Assembly: GCA_964016885.1 (NCBI GenBank)
Contig: OZ024743.1
Span: 84,196,001-84,260,000, forward strand
Length of the DNA: 64,000 nucleotides
Source: Eledone cirrhosa
Lineage: Eukaryota
Direction: 5' to 3'
Each line of letters begins with the position of its first letter. Within the stretch, counting starts at the first letter, position 1. Shown here in pieces: positions 25,111 through 37,779 of the stretch. The notes below the pieces were generated by a model that saw only the letters and a program-made list of their open reading frames with translations, ran no database searches and was not told the origin of the DNA. The position numbers and the translations under genes were made by a program.

Positions 25111-28100
25111 TATTATAATAACAGGGATAGCAACAGTCATTATAATAACAGGGATAGCAACAGTCATTATAATAACAGGGATAGCAACAGTCATTATAAT
25201 AACAGAGATAGCAACAGTTATAATAACAGGGATAGCAACAGTCATTAGAATAACAGAGATAGCAACAGTCATTATAATAACAGGGATAACAACAGTCATT
25301 ATAATAACAGAGATAGCAACAGTTATCATAATAACAGCGATAGCAACAGTTATTATAATAACAGAGGTAGCAAGAGTTATTATAATAACAGCGATAGCAA
25401 CAGTTATTATAATAACAGGGATAGCAACAGTCATTATAATAACAGGGATAGCAACAGTCATTACAACAGGGATAGCAACAGTCATTATAATAACAGAGAT
25501 AGCAACAGTCATTATAATAACAGAGATAGCAACAGTTATTATAATAACAGCGATAGCAACAGTTATTATAATAACAGAGGTAGCAACAGTTATTATAATA
25601 ACAGCGATAGCAACAGTTATTATAATAACAGGGATAGCAACAGTCATTATAATAACAGGGATAGCAACAGTCATTACAATAACAGAGATAGCAACAATCA
25701 TTAGAATAACAGAGATAGCAACAGTCATTGTAAAAACAGGGATAGCAACAGTCATAATAACAGAGATAGTAACAGTCATTATAATAACAGAGATAGCAAC
25801 AGTCATTATAATAACAGAGATAGCAACAGTTATTATAATAACAGCGACAGCAACAGTTATTATAATAACAGGGATAGCAACAGTCATTGTAAAAACAGGG
25901 ATAGCAACAGTCATAATAACAGAGATAGCAACAGTCATTATAATAACAGAGATAGCAACAGTCATTATAATAACAGAGATAGCAACAGTTATTATAATAA
26001 CAGCGATAGCAACAGTTATTATAATAACAGAGGTAGCAACAGTTATTATAATAACAGCGATAGCAACAGTTATTATAATAACAGGGATAGCAACAGTCAT
26101 TATAATAACAGGGATAGCAACAGTCATTACAATAAAAGAGATAGCAACAATCATTAGAATAACAGGGATAGCCACAGTCATTATAATAACAGGGATAGCA
26201 ACAGTCATAATAACAGAGATAGCAACAGTTACTATAATAACAGGGATAGCAACAGTCAATATAATAACAGAGATAGCAACAGTCATTATAATAACAGAGA
26301 TAGCAACAGTTATAATAACAGAGATAGCAACAGTCATTATAATAACAGGGATAGCAACAGTTATAATAACAGAGATAGCAACAGTTACTATACTAACAGG
26401 GATAGCAACAGTTATTATAATAACAAGGATAGCAACAGTCATTATAATAACAGGGATAGCAACAGTCATTACAATAACAGGGATAGCAACAGTCATTAGA
26501 ATAACAGAGATAGCAACAATCATTAGAATAACAGAGATAGCAACAGTCATTGTAAAAACAGGGATAGCAACAGTCATAATAACAGAGATAGCAACAGTCA
26601 TTATAATAAGAGAGATAGCAACAGTCATTATAATAACAGAGATAGCAACAGTCATTATAATAACAGAGATAGCAACAGTTATAATAACAGAGATAGCAAC
26701 AGTCATTATAATAACAGAGATAGCAACAGTCATTATAATAACAGAGATAGCAACAGTTATTATAATAACAGCGATAGCAACAGTTATTATAATAACAGAG
26801 GTAGCAACAGTTATTATAATAACAGCGATAGCAACAGTTATTATAATAACAGGGATAGCAAGTCATTATAATAACAGGGATAGCAACAGTCATTACAATA
26901 AAAGAGATAGCAACAATCATTAGAATAACAGAGATAGCAACAGTCATTGTAAAAACAGGGATAGCAACAGTCATAATAACAGAGATAGCAACAGTCATTA
27001 TAATAAGAGAGATAGCAACAGTCATTATAATAACAGAGATAGCAACAGTCATTATAATAACAGAGATAGCAACAGTTATAATAACAGAGATAGCAACAGT
27101 CATTATAATAACAGGGATAGCAACAGTTATAATAACAGAGATAGCAACAGTTACTATACTAACAGGGATAGCAACAGTTATTATAATAACAGGGATAGCA
27201 ACAATCATTATAATAACAGGGATAGCAACAGTCATTACAATAACAGGGATAGCAACAGTCATTAGAATAACAGAGATAGCAACAATCATTAGAATAACAG
27301 AGATAGCAACAGTCATTGTAAAAACAGGGATAGCAAAAGTCATAATAACAGAGATAGCAACAGTCATTATAATAACAGAGAAAGCAACAGTCATTATAAT
27401 AACAGAGATAGTAACAGTTATTATAATAACAGCGATAGCAACAGTTATTATAATAATAGGGATAGCAACAGTCATTGTAAAAACAGGGATAGCAACAGTC
27501 ATAATAACAGAGATAGCAACAGTCATTATAATAACAGAGATAGCAACAGTCATTATAATAACAGAGATAGCAACAGTTATTATAATAACAGCGATAGCAA
27601 CAGTTATTATAATAACAGAGGTAGCAACAGTTATTATAATAACAGCGATAGCAACAGTTATTATAATAACAGGGAAAGCAACAGTCATTATAATAACAGA
27701 GATAGCAACAGTCATTATAATAACAGGGATAGCAACAGTCATTACAATAAAAGAGATAGCAACAATCATTAGAATAACAGGGATAGCCACAGTCATTATA
27801 ATAACAGGGATAGCAACAGTTACTATAATAACAGGGATAGCAACAGTCAATATAATAACAGAGATAGCAACAGTCATTATAATAACAGAGATAGCAACAG
27901 TTATAATAACAGAGATAGCAACAGTCATTATAATAACAGGGATAGCAACAGTTACTATAATAACAGGGATAGCAACAGTTATTATAATAACAAGGATAGC
28001 AACAGTCATTATAATAACAGAGATAGCAACAGTCATTATAATAACAGAGATAGCAATAGTCATTACAATAACAGAGATAGCAACAGTCATTACAGTAACA

Positions 28101-28869
28101 AGGATAGCAACAGTCATTACAATAACAGGGATTGCAACAGTCATTATAATAACAGGGATAGTAACAGTCATTACAATAATAGAGATAGCACGTCATTACA
28201 ATAACAGAGATAGCAACAGTCATTACAATAACAGAGATAGCAACAGTCATTACAGTAACAGAGATAGCAACAGCCATTAAAATAACAGGGATAGCAACAG
28301 TCATTGTAACCCTTACAGTGATGTAGGTTAAAAAAATACATTATTAAAGTCTAAAATTATAAATATATATCATGGTCTTCCGTGTTTAGTACATATGGAC
28401 GTATATATATATATATGTGTTTTTCCACATGTGCGTCTTATTTTCATAATCACGCATATTAAACTAGCCTGCTTTTAAATTCCCTTTTTGGCATATTAAT
28501 CAGTGAGATTTTGGTTATCATGTTGGGCTCTGCCGAGGATCGAATTCCAACTGTAACCATCCCCACTGAAAGTTTTCGTGAAATAGTCTTTTTAAGACTA
28601 TACAGAGCATTTGTAGTTGTTCCAAATTGAGGGATGAGTATTTTAGACTTTATTTTACCATGAGTTAAGGCTCTATTGATTTTTCCATGGATTTCACTAA
28701 ATTCTGTTGGATAAATCAATATCCTGATTCTTTTTGAATTGAGTTTGAATTATTTTCCCCACATCTTACGTTAACTATTTTCCCATTTTGACGCTATAGT
28801 CACTTATATATATTATATATTATGGAATACTGTTGGCTTCTTGCTACAATAATTTCTATACTTTTCATT

Positions 28870-28978
<109 letters not shown>

Positions 28979-29016
28979 ATGATGATGATGATATATATAT
29001 ATATATATACACACAT

Positions 29017-29081
<65 letters not shown>

Positions 29082-29208
29082 GAAAGTGAACAACACAATA
29101 TTAATTAGGTAATTAAATAGCTCTGCATTTTACATAGAGCACTCTTTTTTCCTTTGCCTTTTCTTTGGAAATACTTAACACACACACACACATATATATG
29201 TGTGTGTG

Positions 29209-29334
<126 letters not shown>

Positions 29335-29510
29335 GTTATTCCGGGTTGAATCGGAGGTAACCACAGTAAGTAAGGTACTCAATACATAGCAGAGTATAAC
29401 AGTTTTAATATAGATGAGATTCTACAGGACTAGAACTGTTTCATTCATTAGAAATCATCAGGACTGCTGATTTCTAATGAATGAAACAGTTCTAGTCCTG
29501 TAGAATCTCA

Positions 29511-29600
<90 letters not shown>

Positions 29601-29786
29601 GATACATATATATAGACAAATACATACATACATACTGTAGTACAAATTTGGTATAAATATCCTAGGGTAAGAGCACTCAGACCATAGGACGAGTTAAGTA
29701 TAATTAGTTACAACAGTGACATATGACAGGTTGAATAACCCAACGAAACTTAAGTACATGTACATGTCACCGTTGTAACTAATAAC

Positions 29787-29843
<57 letters not shown>

Positions 29844-29862
29844 CACAGACAGACACACGCAC

Positions 29863-29965
<103 letters not shown>

Positions 29966-30029
29966 CATATACATACACACAAACCATAAACAAGTAGAGA
30001 CAGATAAACAGACAGCTATGTCGACTCAC

Positions 30030-30181
30030 CGTTGATTAAAGTCATTATGTCTCCATGTTGGATCAGACGAGAAGCTAAAACTGTTATTGATATTATGGAC
30101 TTTCGTTAAACTACTCGTAAAACCCAGCCAACTCTTCTGTCGTTCGAACCCGACTTCTTCTAGACGATGGTGAGGCAACAT
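30030..30181 (-). CDS. Candidate first coding exon of an unidentified minus-strand gene (MLPHHRLEEVGFERQKSWLGF...DFNQR)
   Basis: Unique-sequence island between microsatellites; ATG preceded by in-frame TAA; donor CG|gtgagt, phase 2, compatible with exon 11243-11368. No recognisable domain; could be non-coding. Confidence 0.4.
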
Positions 30182-30861
30182 TCCTGGTTACCAGGGGCTG
30201 TGAGCTGTTGCTGTTGCTACAGCTTTCACGCACCCCAGATGGACATTAAAAGCTGACCGGACATTCGCCTGTACAGTATAGGGCTTTTTTTTTCTAACCT
30301 GTCTTGCTATAAATCTCTGTGACAGTCGTTATAGTTGTTGATGATGGTGATGGTGGAGGTGGTGATTTTATGATGGTGGTGGTACTGGATATATGTCTCT
30401 CTCTCTCTTTCTCTGTGTGTGTATATATATATATGAAAGAGAGAAGTATGACTTCACTGGTAGTTGGTATGCTTTAATAATCCAGTGTGTGTGTGTATGT
30501 CTGTATATATATATAAATATAAATATATATATATATATTATATATATATATATATATATCCGTGGTTGACGGCTGAGAGAAAAGAGTACTCAATACCGAA
30601 GTAGAGTTTTAATATTCATTTTATTAAGGCTGAATAATAGTGGGTCTTGTTACTCTGGTGTTTCACCTGTTTATGACAGGGTCGTGTCTGATGACCCTGT
30701 GATAGACAGGCAAAACTCCAGAGTAACAAGGCTCCTTAATAATATATATATATATATATATATCTTGCTCATAATAATTTCTATACTTTTCATTTATATA
30801 TATATATATATTGCCTGCTGGATAAGTGGAGTGTTATACACCCCTGATCCTTTCCCTAGTA

Positions 30862-30942
<81 letters not shown>

Positions 30943-31127
30943 GAGAGAGAGAGGGGATGAGAGAGACCTGTATACAGCATTTATTAGACTGCTGTTGAAG
31001 TGTGTATACATTTTAGGGGGACACTGTATAATATATACACAAGCACACACATTACTGGCATGTCAACTGTGTGCACCGTGGATACCCTTACAATAACAGC
31101 ACCACCACCACCATCATCACTACTACA

Positions 31128-31180
<53 letters not shown>

Positions 31181-31257
31181 GACAACCATCACACGACCAC
31201 CACCACTACAACTATTGTTAGAGATGACAAACTGTTAAAACAATAGAAAAAACTCAC

Positions 31258-31351
31258 ATTTAATGGTGTTGATGTTGTTGTCAGTTTTGATTAAAAGTGT
31301 TCCAACCTTGACGATTCCACCTTTCTCTATATCTAGGGCTAAATGGGCCAT
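31258..31351 (-). other. Candidate upstream/alternative exon end (short ORF MAHLALDIEKGGIVKVGTLLIKTDNNINTIK), possibly 5' UTR
   Basis: Donor AAAT|gtgagttttttc; phase 1, not frame-compatible with exon 11243-11368. Confidence 0.25.
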
Positions 31352-32629
31352 GAGACGTTCTTTTCTTCATGGTGGCATGGTGTAATTTGAGAGTGATTTA
31401 ACTGTTAGTGGTCGCGGTGGTGATTTTGATGATATTGTTGATATTGTTTATGATGATGGTGATAATGGCTTTAAGTTACCAAGACGTGATATTGGCAGTT
31501 CTCATTATATCACTCTTGGTAATGATGATGTCAATGATGATAATGGCGGTGGCGGTTGCGGTAGTGGTGAGTGTGGTGATGATGATGACGGTGTTGGTGA
31601 TGATGAATATGATCATAATAATGATAATGATGATAATGATAATGTGGCAAGATCCTATAATCTTTTTTTCCCAATCATGGACATACAGCATCATATAGGT
31701 ACATTGATGCAATTGTCCATGGTCCCCGACCTCGCGAGCTGGAATGGCTCTTCCAGCGCGTCTCCCTCACCATCCTCCGGCAAAACGCCTTCTCTATTCT
31801 GTCTGCCGGCGCCACGAGGCGACCAGTGCGTAGCCCCCCCCCCCCCCCCATTTGCTCATAATAGTTGTTTCTACTTTTGGCACAAGGCCAGCAAATACTC
31901 AGTGTATTACTGGTACTTTATTTTATCGACCCCGTAAGGATGAAAGGCAAAGTTAACCTCGGCGGGATAGTGAGAGATGGAGAGAGCGGGAGAGACGAAG
32001 TAAGTGACAGTGGGAGTTTGGTTCCTGGTGTATATATATGTTTCATACACTCACACTCACACTACGATCATCTTACATTAGAATGGGAAGAAACTAGACA
32101 CGAAAGAGTATATTAACAAAAAATCCATATAAATATCAAAGATTTTACTACTTTTTATTAACTTGGTTAAACATATAGAAAAAGAAAGCAGTACTGAAAA
32201 TGCCATAATCAGATCGAAAGCAACCCATCTGAGGAAGGAGTCCTGCGAGGTGGGGTAGCTGTTGCTAACGGGTGTTGCTGGTCTTTGCCCTTTTGTCGGT
32301 CGAAACATCGCTTTGACTTAGATATAGAGTTTATCACCCTCTCTTCTTCTCCCTTTCGTTCTTCCTTTGTCTAGTTGTCCTTGCTCTTCCCCTCTTTTTC
32401 CTCTCAATTAGAGCATTTATAGTCCTTTCCAATACTGGTCTCTTTTTCCTATATGTTTAACCAATTTTGAAGTTAATTAGTAGTAAAATATCAAATATTG
32501 AGTTTCAATAGAGCCTTCGCGTCAACTTGCTTTTGATTCTTCTATAGCACTGGTTCTCAATCACATCTAATGCCTATAATTAAACTTTAGCTACGTTCAT
32601 GATTTTTATCCATGATTGATAATGTTATC

Positions 32630-33075
32630 CATAGTTCATCATTTTACCCACCCCCTTAATTACGGTTCATCATTTTACCCATCGTTCATAATTTCATCCA
32701 ACATTTATCCCCAGTTCATCATTTTATCCACCATTCTACCCGCCATTTACCCTCAGTTCATCATTAGCCACCATTTACTCACGGTTCATCATTATCCACC
32801 ATTTTACCCACGGTTCATCATTATCCACCATTTAACCCACTGTTCGTAATTTTATCCACCATTTACTCACAGTTCAACATTTTATCCTCTATTTACCTAC
32901 GGATCAATTTTATCCACCATTTACCCACGGTTCATAATTATTCCCTCCATTTTACCCACAGTTCATAACTTAACCCGTGGTTCATAATTTGACCCACCAT
33001 TTTACTCACAGTTAATCATTTTACCCATTATTTTAACCACTGTTTATCATTTTACCCTCTATTTACCCACGGCTC
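32630..33075 (+). repeat. Degenerate ~31-bp tandem repeat (ccaccatttacccacggttcatcattttat)
   Basis: About 14 diverged copies by eye. Confidence 0.8.
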
Positions 33076-33184
33076 CCTTACTTTCGTTATTTAATTTTTT
33101 TAAATTTCTTTGCTGTTGTTTTTTTATTGCAAACATTGTATAATCTCTTTAAAATTTATTGAATAAATATCGTTCCGTTTCGTT

Positions 33185-33630
33185 CGGGAGTGTATTCACG
33201 AGTGATGGAAGGCAGGTGGCTGAATTAAATGCAAGAATTACAAGAGCTGGTGCAGTAACGCGCCAGCTTCAGCATTCGGTAATCTGAAGGGAGGTTGGTG
33301 TGAAAGTCAAACTCGCTATCTCCAATTCGGTATTCGTACCAACCCTTACCTATGGTCATGAATCTTGGGTAATGACCGAAAGAATACGATCGTGAATGCA
33401 AGCAGCCAAAATGGGGGTTCCTGCGAAGGGTCTTTTGAGTAACGTTACTCGATAGAGTGCGTAGCTCGTAGATCAGAGAATCACTCCAGGTAGAGAGTCA
33501 CTCGTAGGTTGAGAGATCACAGCTCCTATACTATGGGCATGTAGTTAGAATGTTTTAGGACCCGATGGAAGGAGTGTTTGATGACTGTCCACATGGCCCT
33601 CTCAGGAATAAGCGGGAGAAGAAGAAGAAG
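33185..33630 (+). mobile_element. Degenerate RTE-clade LINE fragment (second family)
   Basis: VFTSDGRQ.AELNARI, PTLTYGHESWVMTERI, (GAA)n tail; homologous to 41255-41850. Confidence 0.85.
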
Positions 33631-35982
33631 ATAACAGCTTTGTGTGATCGATACACATTAGTGTTGAATTAATATTTTCTTTCGTTTTGATTTTATATTT
33701 CTTCAACGTAAACATCCATCACAATCTTTCTTTTTATAGAGTTTAAGTATTTCTACGTCGTATTTAAACACAATTTATATATTTAACCCCCCCACCCCAC
33801 ACACACACACAAAAAAATAGAGAAAAAATCTACTGAATATAACTCTAAATGTTTTTTTTCTGACAATGTGTAATATATTCATTACACATCTATTGTCTCT
33901 ATATACAATATTTTGTTTGGGGAATAAGGAGGTGACGTATTGAAGGTTGGAATATCATCGGTCAAATGACTTTGTATTGGACCGCCGTCGGTTTTCACGA
34001 CGAGTGTTCCAGTTGATGTGATCAATGGAACAGCTTGCTCGTAAAAGTGACTGAACATTCCATATTCTTTCCTGAGACATTCTAACCACATGCCCATAGT
34101 ATCGGAGCTGTGATCTACCTAGAGCGACTCTCCTATCTCCGTGCTATGTACTCTATTGAGTAACGTTACTCCAAAGACCCTTTGGGGGAAAACCCCATTT
34201 TTGTCTTTTATTCCGCGATATTTAACCACAATAGTTCTGTAATGTACCTCGGTTAGTATTTATAAAGTCTAACAACTAAATGTGTTCACTTTCTTACTAA
34301 TCATGTTTATGAAAGTAAATCTAATCCACATGCCACCACAATAAATGAAACTTAAGGGTCAGTCCGTCTCGTGGTCCAGGCCGACAGGATAGAGAAGACA
34401 TTGCCCTGCAAGAGAGACTCCGTCACGTGGGACTCGCACATGCGGGCAACCAACTCTTCTCCGATAGCAGGGTGTAGGGATATAGCCGTAGGCCAAGAAC
34501 ACCGGAAATCTCCATTGCCACAAACTTATCAGAAAACAGTCGTTACTTTGACAATTTGCCTTCTTCGGCCTGGCAGGGAGCGAAGCCTGGGCTGGTAGCC
34601 GAACGCACCAAGTTGTTGCTAGAGAAGATGTCACAACAGATTAAGGGCCTACCCCCGCGGAACGAAAAGATTGTTATGCTGTCTGGCCTTTTGCCATTTC
34701 CTTGGTCCAGCTCCACTGGCTTAAAGCTAGGAAGGGAAGCCTTAGCTAAACGTTCCTAACAGGTTGTGTTAAGCCGGTTATCTCCCTTCCACTTGTTGAC
34801 TAACATTCATTTAAAACAAAGTCAACTAATAAAAGGCGGCAGAGTTGTTAGAACGTCAGATAGAATATTTTGCGGTGTTCATTCCCACACTCTCCGCCCT
34901 GGTGAACTTTGCCTTTCATCTTTTCGAGGTCGATAAAAAATGTACTATTAATGGGGTCGATATTTTTTTCTATATCGCTTTCTCATTGCCTTCTCTGGAA
35001 AAAATCGGTTGTGTTCAAACCTAGAGAAAATGGGTTAAAATGTCCAAGACACACCGTATAACACTACCGCACTCCTACCTCACCAGGAGTTGCTTGTCCA
35101 TACAACTAACTAAGTAACTAATACTAACCATAACTACATATAATACAATGGTTTCTACAGAAACCAGCGTCTGCGTATGTACACGCCCGAGGTTAGCCAG
35201 GCAACATGTGCCCATTTCTCCCAGTTCTGCATCACACTTCTTGCACTGGCCACACTAAGAATATTTGTAAGCCTGCATTTTTTGCTACACACCCACGCCA
35301 ATACATGACGGACCCTAACACAATACGACCCTCTCCGCCGCTTTTATTTATTGATCGCAAGAATTTATTATATATTTTATTTAATTATACAAATCTGTAT
35401 AAAACTATGATTCCTTATGTAACGTGGTAGTGATGATGCCACGATAAAATGCACGCAATATACACTGTAAAATGAATGCTAGTGCTACGATAAAATGTGC
35501 CTAGTACACTCTGTAAAGTAGCCATGATAAAATGTACCTAATACATACTATGAAGTTATAGTGCTGATGTCAGGATTAAAATGCATCAAGTGAGTGCTTT
35601 TGTCACCATAAAATGTACAGTAAACCCTGCGAAGTGGTTGGCATTAGGAGGGGTATCCAGCTGTAGAAACGATGCCAAAATATGGAATGTCTGAGACAAA
35701 TCCTGTATTTTCTCGGACTATGATGGCAAGTCCAAACTATGCCAGCATGGAGAAACTGTGTACTTCTCAATCAATGAACCTACAAAATGACCTCACCACT
35801 TTCAGAGGTCATCTGAAAATACAGACACCTGGAGAAACTTGGCAAAATATGAAAAATACTACTTTACAGAGTGTACTAGGTGTATTTTATCGTGGAAGCA
35901 ATACTAACTACTACTAACGAGGTCATTGTAACCTCGACCGAGTAGAGGGAAGCAGTAACAGAAGGTGGAGTATTTGTCTAAT

Positions 35983-36087
35983 ATACAGGGAATCCCCCAA
36001 AATGTATACATACTTTGATTACCTGTACAGGTAATATTTATAAGAATGCTGTTGAAGTGTATATACATTTTTGGGGGACAACCTGTA
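35983..36087. mobile_element. Tc1/mariner-type MITE (partial second copy at ~30970-31030)
   Basis: Imperfect TIRs TACAGGG..TCCCCCAAAATGTATA / TATACATTTTTGGGGGACAACCTGTA flanked by TA. Confidence 0.7.
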
Positions 36088-37014
36088 TTTATATATACGT
36101 GTGTGTAAGTATATATTTATACACCCACACGCATATATATACATATATCTGAAATATGTACTTTCTCTAATGTATTGAGTACTTAATTTAACTGTGGTTC
36201 TTATCATTATACATATATATATATATTAAAAGAGAGAAAGATATGAATATAGATAAACAAAACCGGTTACATCACCCCTCCGACTCATCCTTTATTTAAA
36301 TAATGCACATTCTTCAAAGAAATTGTGCAGAGATATTTTCGAGTGTATACATTACGATAATATTGATGGAATTCAAAAGAAAAGCTAAAAGAATTTTTTT
36401 TTCCTCACATTTCCGAGTTACTTCAAACAAATAAAAAGTATTAAATAAATGAAAGCATTAACAAATGGAACTTCATCGTAATAGTAATGTACTCGGAAAA
36501 TGAATCTCTGCAAAAGTTCATTTAAAAAAATGCACCATTAATGTATGTATGTGTGTGTAACTGGAGCGCGAATAAAGCGTGGGTAAAATCTTATAAGCCT
36601 TCTATATTAAAGTGAAAGTACAATCTGATGAAAATGATGGTTGCATCCAACGTGATATTGGGCATATTATATTTTTAATCTATTTCTTCCGTAAATGAGT
36701 TTTATATTATCAGTAAACTACATAATTTTCGCTTTTTTTTTTCTTCTTTCATTCACTTTAATTACAATCGTTTGATCAAATCGTCCTGTACTTCGGATCG
36801 GTTGATTTTACTTTCGCTTCAATATAGACAGATTATAGGATTTAGCCCTGAATAAATGTGTATATGTTATGTCCGTCTGGCTGTGAAATTAAGAGCCGTT
36901 GGTTAGACAACACGGCAGCTATTACGGTCTTACGGCTCATCGAGAATAAAGATGTATTTATTTTTTCTTTCGCTTCCTATGAATAATTAATTATTGAAGA
37001 TAAATGTATCCTAA

Positions 37015-37215
37015 TAATTGTTTCTAATTTAAGCATAAGGCCAGTAACTTAGAGGAAAGAGGAAAGTCGATTATATCGACCCTAGTAATTGACCGGTACT
37101 TTATTTTATCGACCTCGAAAAGATAACAGGCAAAGTTGACCTCAGCAGAAATTGAACTCAGAACGTTAAGAGCCCAAACAAACACTGCTGCGCGTTTGAC
37201 CGACGCTCTAACGCC
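37015..37215 (-). mobile_element. Diverged SINE family A copy upstream of the Nup153 promoter
   Basis: ggtactttattttatcgacctcgaaagataacaggcaaagttgacctc...aactcagaac. Confidence 0.75.
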
Positions 37216-37514
37216 TTAATAATAATAAAGCACTCATGTGGCGTTATATATCTATAAAAAAGAAAAAAATGTTCAGAGGCGCTCTAGTCGTTCATTCATT
37301 TAGACATGTGAACATGAAAATTTGAAAAACAATTCTTTGCTGGTAATTTCCATGTATGTACATTTATCCAAAACGTAATAAAAATCATCTTCTAACGGCA
37401 TACGAAATGTTATAGTTTACCAATAAGTAACTTAAATTATAGGATGAATAAACAAGAAAGAAACTCGAGAAGAAACTGTAAGACAAACGAAATAGTTTAA
37501 AATTGCTTTTGTGA

Positions 37515-37600
37515 AAGGGGAGATGACCGCGAGCTGGAATATGTCACATGATCACCAAATTGACCAATAGGAATTTAGTTTGTATTACCGCCATATATAG
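37515..37600 (+). promoter_or_regulatory. Putative Nup153 proximal promoter: E-box GTCACATGA (~37543), CCAAT box GACCAATAGG (~37562), YY1-like CCGCCAT (~37588)
   Basis: Cluster of housekeeping-promoter motifs 110-160 nt upstream of the ATG in a locally CpG-retaining, repeat-free stretch. Confidence 0.6.
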
Positions 37601-37701
37601 TGAGTTGAAAGCGTGCAGTGACACTGTTCCATTTCTGCAAGCTTCTATGTCCTATTCACTTCAGTTTTTCTGATTAGTAATAGTTAATGATTGTTTTTTA
37701 A

Positions 37702-37779
37702 ATGGCCAACAGAGATATTGGAGGCAAAATTCGATCCAAGCGATCCCATAAGTCGTCCAAACCATATGATAGACGAAAG
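37702..37779 (+). CDS. Nup153: Nup153 exon 1 (MANRDIGGKIRSKRSHKSSKPYDRRK)
   Basis: ATG at 37702, donor AAG|gtaagt, phase 0; GGKIR..KPY motif. Confidence 0.9.

Larger units (their letters stand above)
18473..28310 (+). repeat. ~10 kb minisatellite of 24/27-bp units (aacagRgatagcaacagt[cat]tataat)
   Basis: Direct inspection; interrupted by three SINE copies. Confidence 0.97.

Noticed and set aside
18397-28304. Long hydrophobic or Cys/Tyr-rich ORFs (up to 614 aa)
   Set aside because: Products of 24/27-bp satellite units; they begin or end in SINE sequence
31733-37540. Shared 13-mer cgcgagctggaat at both putative promoters (~31733 and ~37528)
   Set aside because: A single 13-nt match in 64 kb can occur by chance
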